A DNA stretch of 64,000 bases. Source: Eubacteriales bacterium (GTDB lineage Bacteria > Bacillota > Clostridia > Oscillospirales > CAG-272). The stretch covers positions 499 to 64,498 of the forward strand of contig JAZRGD010000087.1 in assembly GCA_045644045.1 (NCBI GenBank), written 5' to 3'. Shown one piece after another: positions 62,774-64,000 of this stretch. Every line of letters starts with the position of its first letter. Positions within the stretch are counted from its first letter, which is position 1. The notes under the pieces were generated by a model, which was not told the DNA's origin, did no database searches, and worked only from the letters and a program-made list of their open reading frames with translations. The position numbers and the translations under genes were made by a program.

Positions 62774-63899
62774 TTTCCTCCTCCTCTTCCTCTCCCGCGT
62801 TGGGATTGGAAAGCTCGTCCATTTCGTCCGAGAAGGTGGAGTAGTCGCCAAACTGTCCCGAAAATTCGGATTTTTTCATAATATGAATGGCGTCCGGCTC
62901 AATATAAAGACCGATATGCTCGTTGGGTGCTACGTAGTCGGAGGTCTCGATCATCCACATGAAGCCGGCCACGTCCACGATGATCTCGTAATAGTCGCCC
63001 TTGAAGGTGACGGAGGAGACCACGCCGTTCAGCATGCCGTTCTCCTTATGCACCACGTCCACGTCCTCGGGACGGATGACCACGTCCACAGGCTCGTTGG
63101 CACCAAAGCCGCCGTCCACGCAGTCAAAGGTGTGACCCGAGAAGCGTACCCGCTTGTCTGCCAGCATGACGCCGTCCACGATGTTGGATTCACCGATAAA
63201 GTCGGCAACGAAGGCATTTTCCGGCTCGTTATAAATGTCGGTGGGAGAGCCGATCTGCTGGATCTTGCCCTCCGCCATGACCACCACGGTGTCGGACATG
63301 GAGAGTGCCTCCTCCTGGTCGTGGGTCACGTAAATAAAGGTAATACCCGTGGCCTTTTGGATCTTTTTCAGCTCGTTCTGCATATCCTTGCGGAGCTTGA
63401 GATCCAAAGCACCCAAGGGCTCGTCCAAAAGAAGGACGCGGGGCTTGTTGATCAGGGCGCGGGCAATGGCCACGCGCTGCTGCTGACCGCCCGAAAGGAG
63501 GGTCACGTTTTTCTTCTCAAAGCCCTTTAAGGACACGAGAGAGAGCATTTCCTGTACCCGCGCGTGCAGCTCCTCCTTCGGCACCTTGGAGAGGCGCAGA
63601 CCGAAGGCGATGTTTTCATACACGTTTAAATGGGGGAAAAGGGCGTACTTCTGGAAAACGGTGTTCACGTTTCTCTCATAGGGAGGAAGGTCGTTGATCT
63701 GCTTGCCGTCAAACAGCACGTCGCCCGTGTCAGGAGTCTCAAAGCCGCCGATCATACGCAGGGTCGTGGTCTTGCCACAGCCCGAAGGACCAAGCAGGGT
63801 AACGAACTCCTTATCCTTAATGGAAAGAGAAACGTTGTCAAGGACGGTCTCACCGTCAAAGGCTTTTGAAATACCACACAGTTCGATGATGTTGCTCAT
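62766..63899 (-). CDS. potA: spermidine/putrescine ABC transporter ATP-binding protein
   Basis: Walker [10 protein letters not shown], signature [15 protein letters not shown], Walker B LLLDEPL, and a C-terminal TOBE-like domain plus an acidic tail. Confidence 0.9.
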   Translation of the reverse strand: MSNIIELCGISKAFDGETVLDNVSLSIKDKEFVTLLGPSGCGKTTTLRMIGGFETPDTGDVLFDGKQINDLPPYERNVNTVFQKYALFPHLNVYENIAFGLRLSKVPKEELHARVQEMLSLVSLKGFEKKNVTLLSGGQQQRVAIARALINKPRVLLLDEPLGALDLKLRKDMQNELKKIQKATGITFIYVTHDQEEALSMSDTVVVMAEGKIQQIGSPTDIYNEPENAFVADFIGESNIVDGVMLADKRVRFSGHTFDCVDGGFGANEPVDVVIRPEDVDVVHKENGMLNGVVSSVTFKGDYYEIIVDVAGFMWMIETSDYVAPNEHIGLYIEPDAIHIMKKSEFSGQFGDYSTFSDEMDELSNPNAGEEEEEENE

Positions 63900-64000
63900 T
63901 CTTTTTCAGCGTACTCCTTTGCGCGAAAAAATGTATCAAAGCAGAAACGGGTGCCCCGTCCTGCATATGATGAGAGAATTATAGCAAAAACTCTCGAAAA

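Overview
This is a 64-kb chromosomal window from a moderately GC-rich genome (hand counts of about 57% GC in core genes). It looks like a spore-forming Firmicutes/Clostridia-type organism, judged from spoIVB, a SPOCS/DUF3794 protein, hprK and the mnmE-jag-yidC-yidD-rnpA-rpmH cluster. All family calls come from motifs read by eye in the ORF track; no searches were run.

Layout:
- 1-25.4 kb: housekeeping genes (pheST, coaD, rsmD, uvrC, an HPr paralogue, trmD, rimM, tadA, ybaK, fumC, hprK, a Fur-family/metal-permease pair, spoIVB).
- 25.5-52.5 kb: an accessory carbohydrate island. It has four AraC-family regulators, each divergent from a catabolic unit: a GH-like protein, a short BNR protein plus a KdgK-like kinase, a BNR/sialidase-fold protein plus an AGE epimerase, and a 720-aa glycyl radical enzyme with no activase in the window. 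The island also holds two SDRs, a serine hydrolase and DUF3841. It ends in two tandem giant secreted paralogues (1750 and 1723 aa; two LamG-like modules, a beta-sandwich, and an interrupted right-handed beta-helix). The two giants are separated by a gmhA gene relic.
- 52.5-54.2 kb: an AT-richer islet next to tRNA-Ser(GCU).
- 54.4-64 kb: RNHCP, mnmE, jag, yidC, yidD, rnpA and rpmH, then a 546-bp non-coding region, then potABCD.

The most unusual items:
- the giant paralogue pair and their different leaders
- the orphan glycyl radical enzyme
- a highly ordered RTGAATTG/CAATTCAY plus mini-hairpin array bounded by a ~40-nt inverted repeat between rpmH and potD

I saw no CRISPR array, rRNA, transposase, integrase or recognisable defence genes. 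Most long ORFs antisense to the real genes are GC-driven artefacts.
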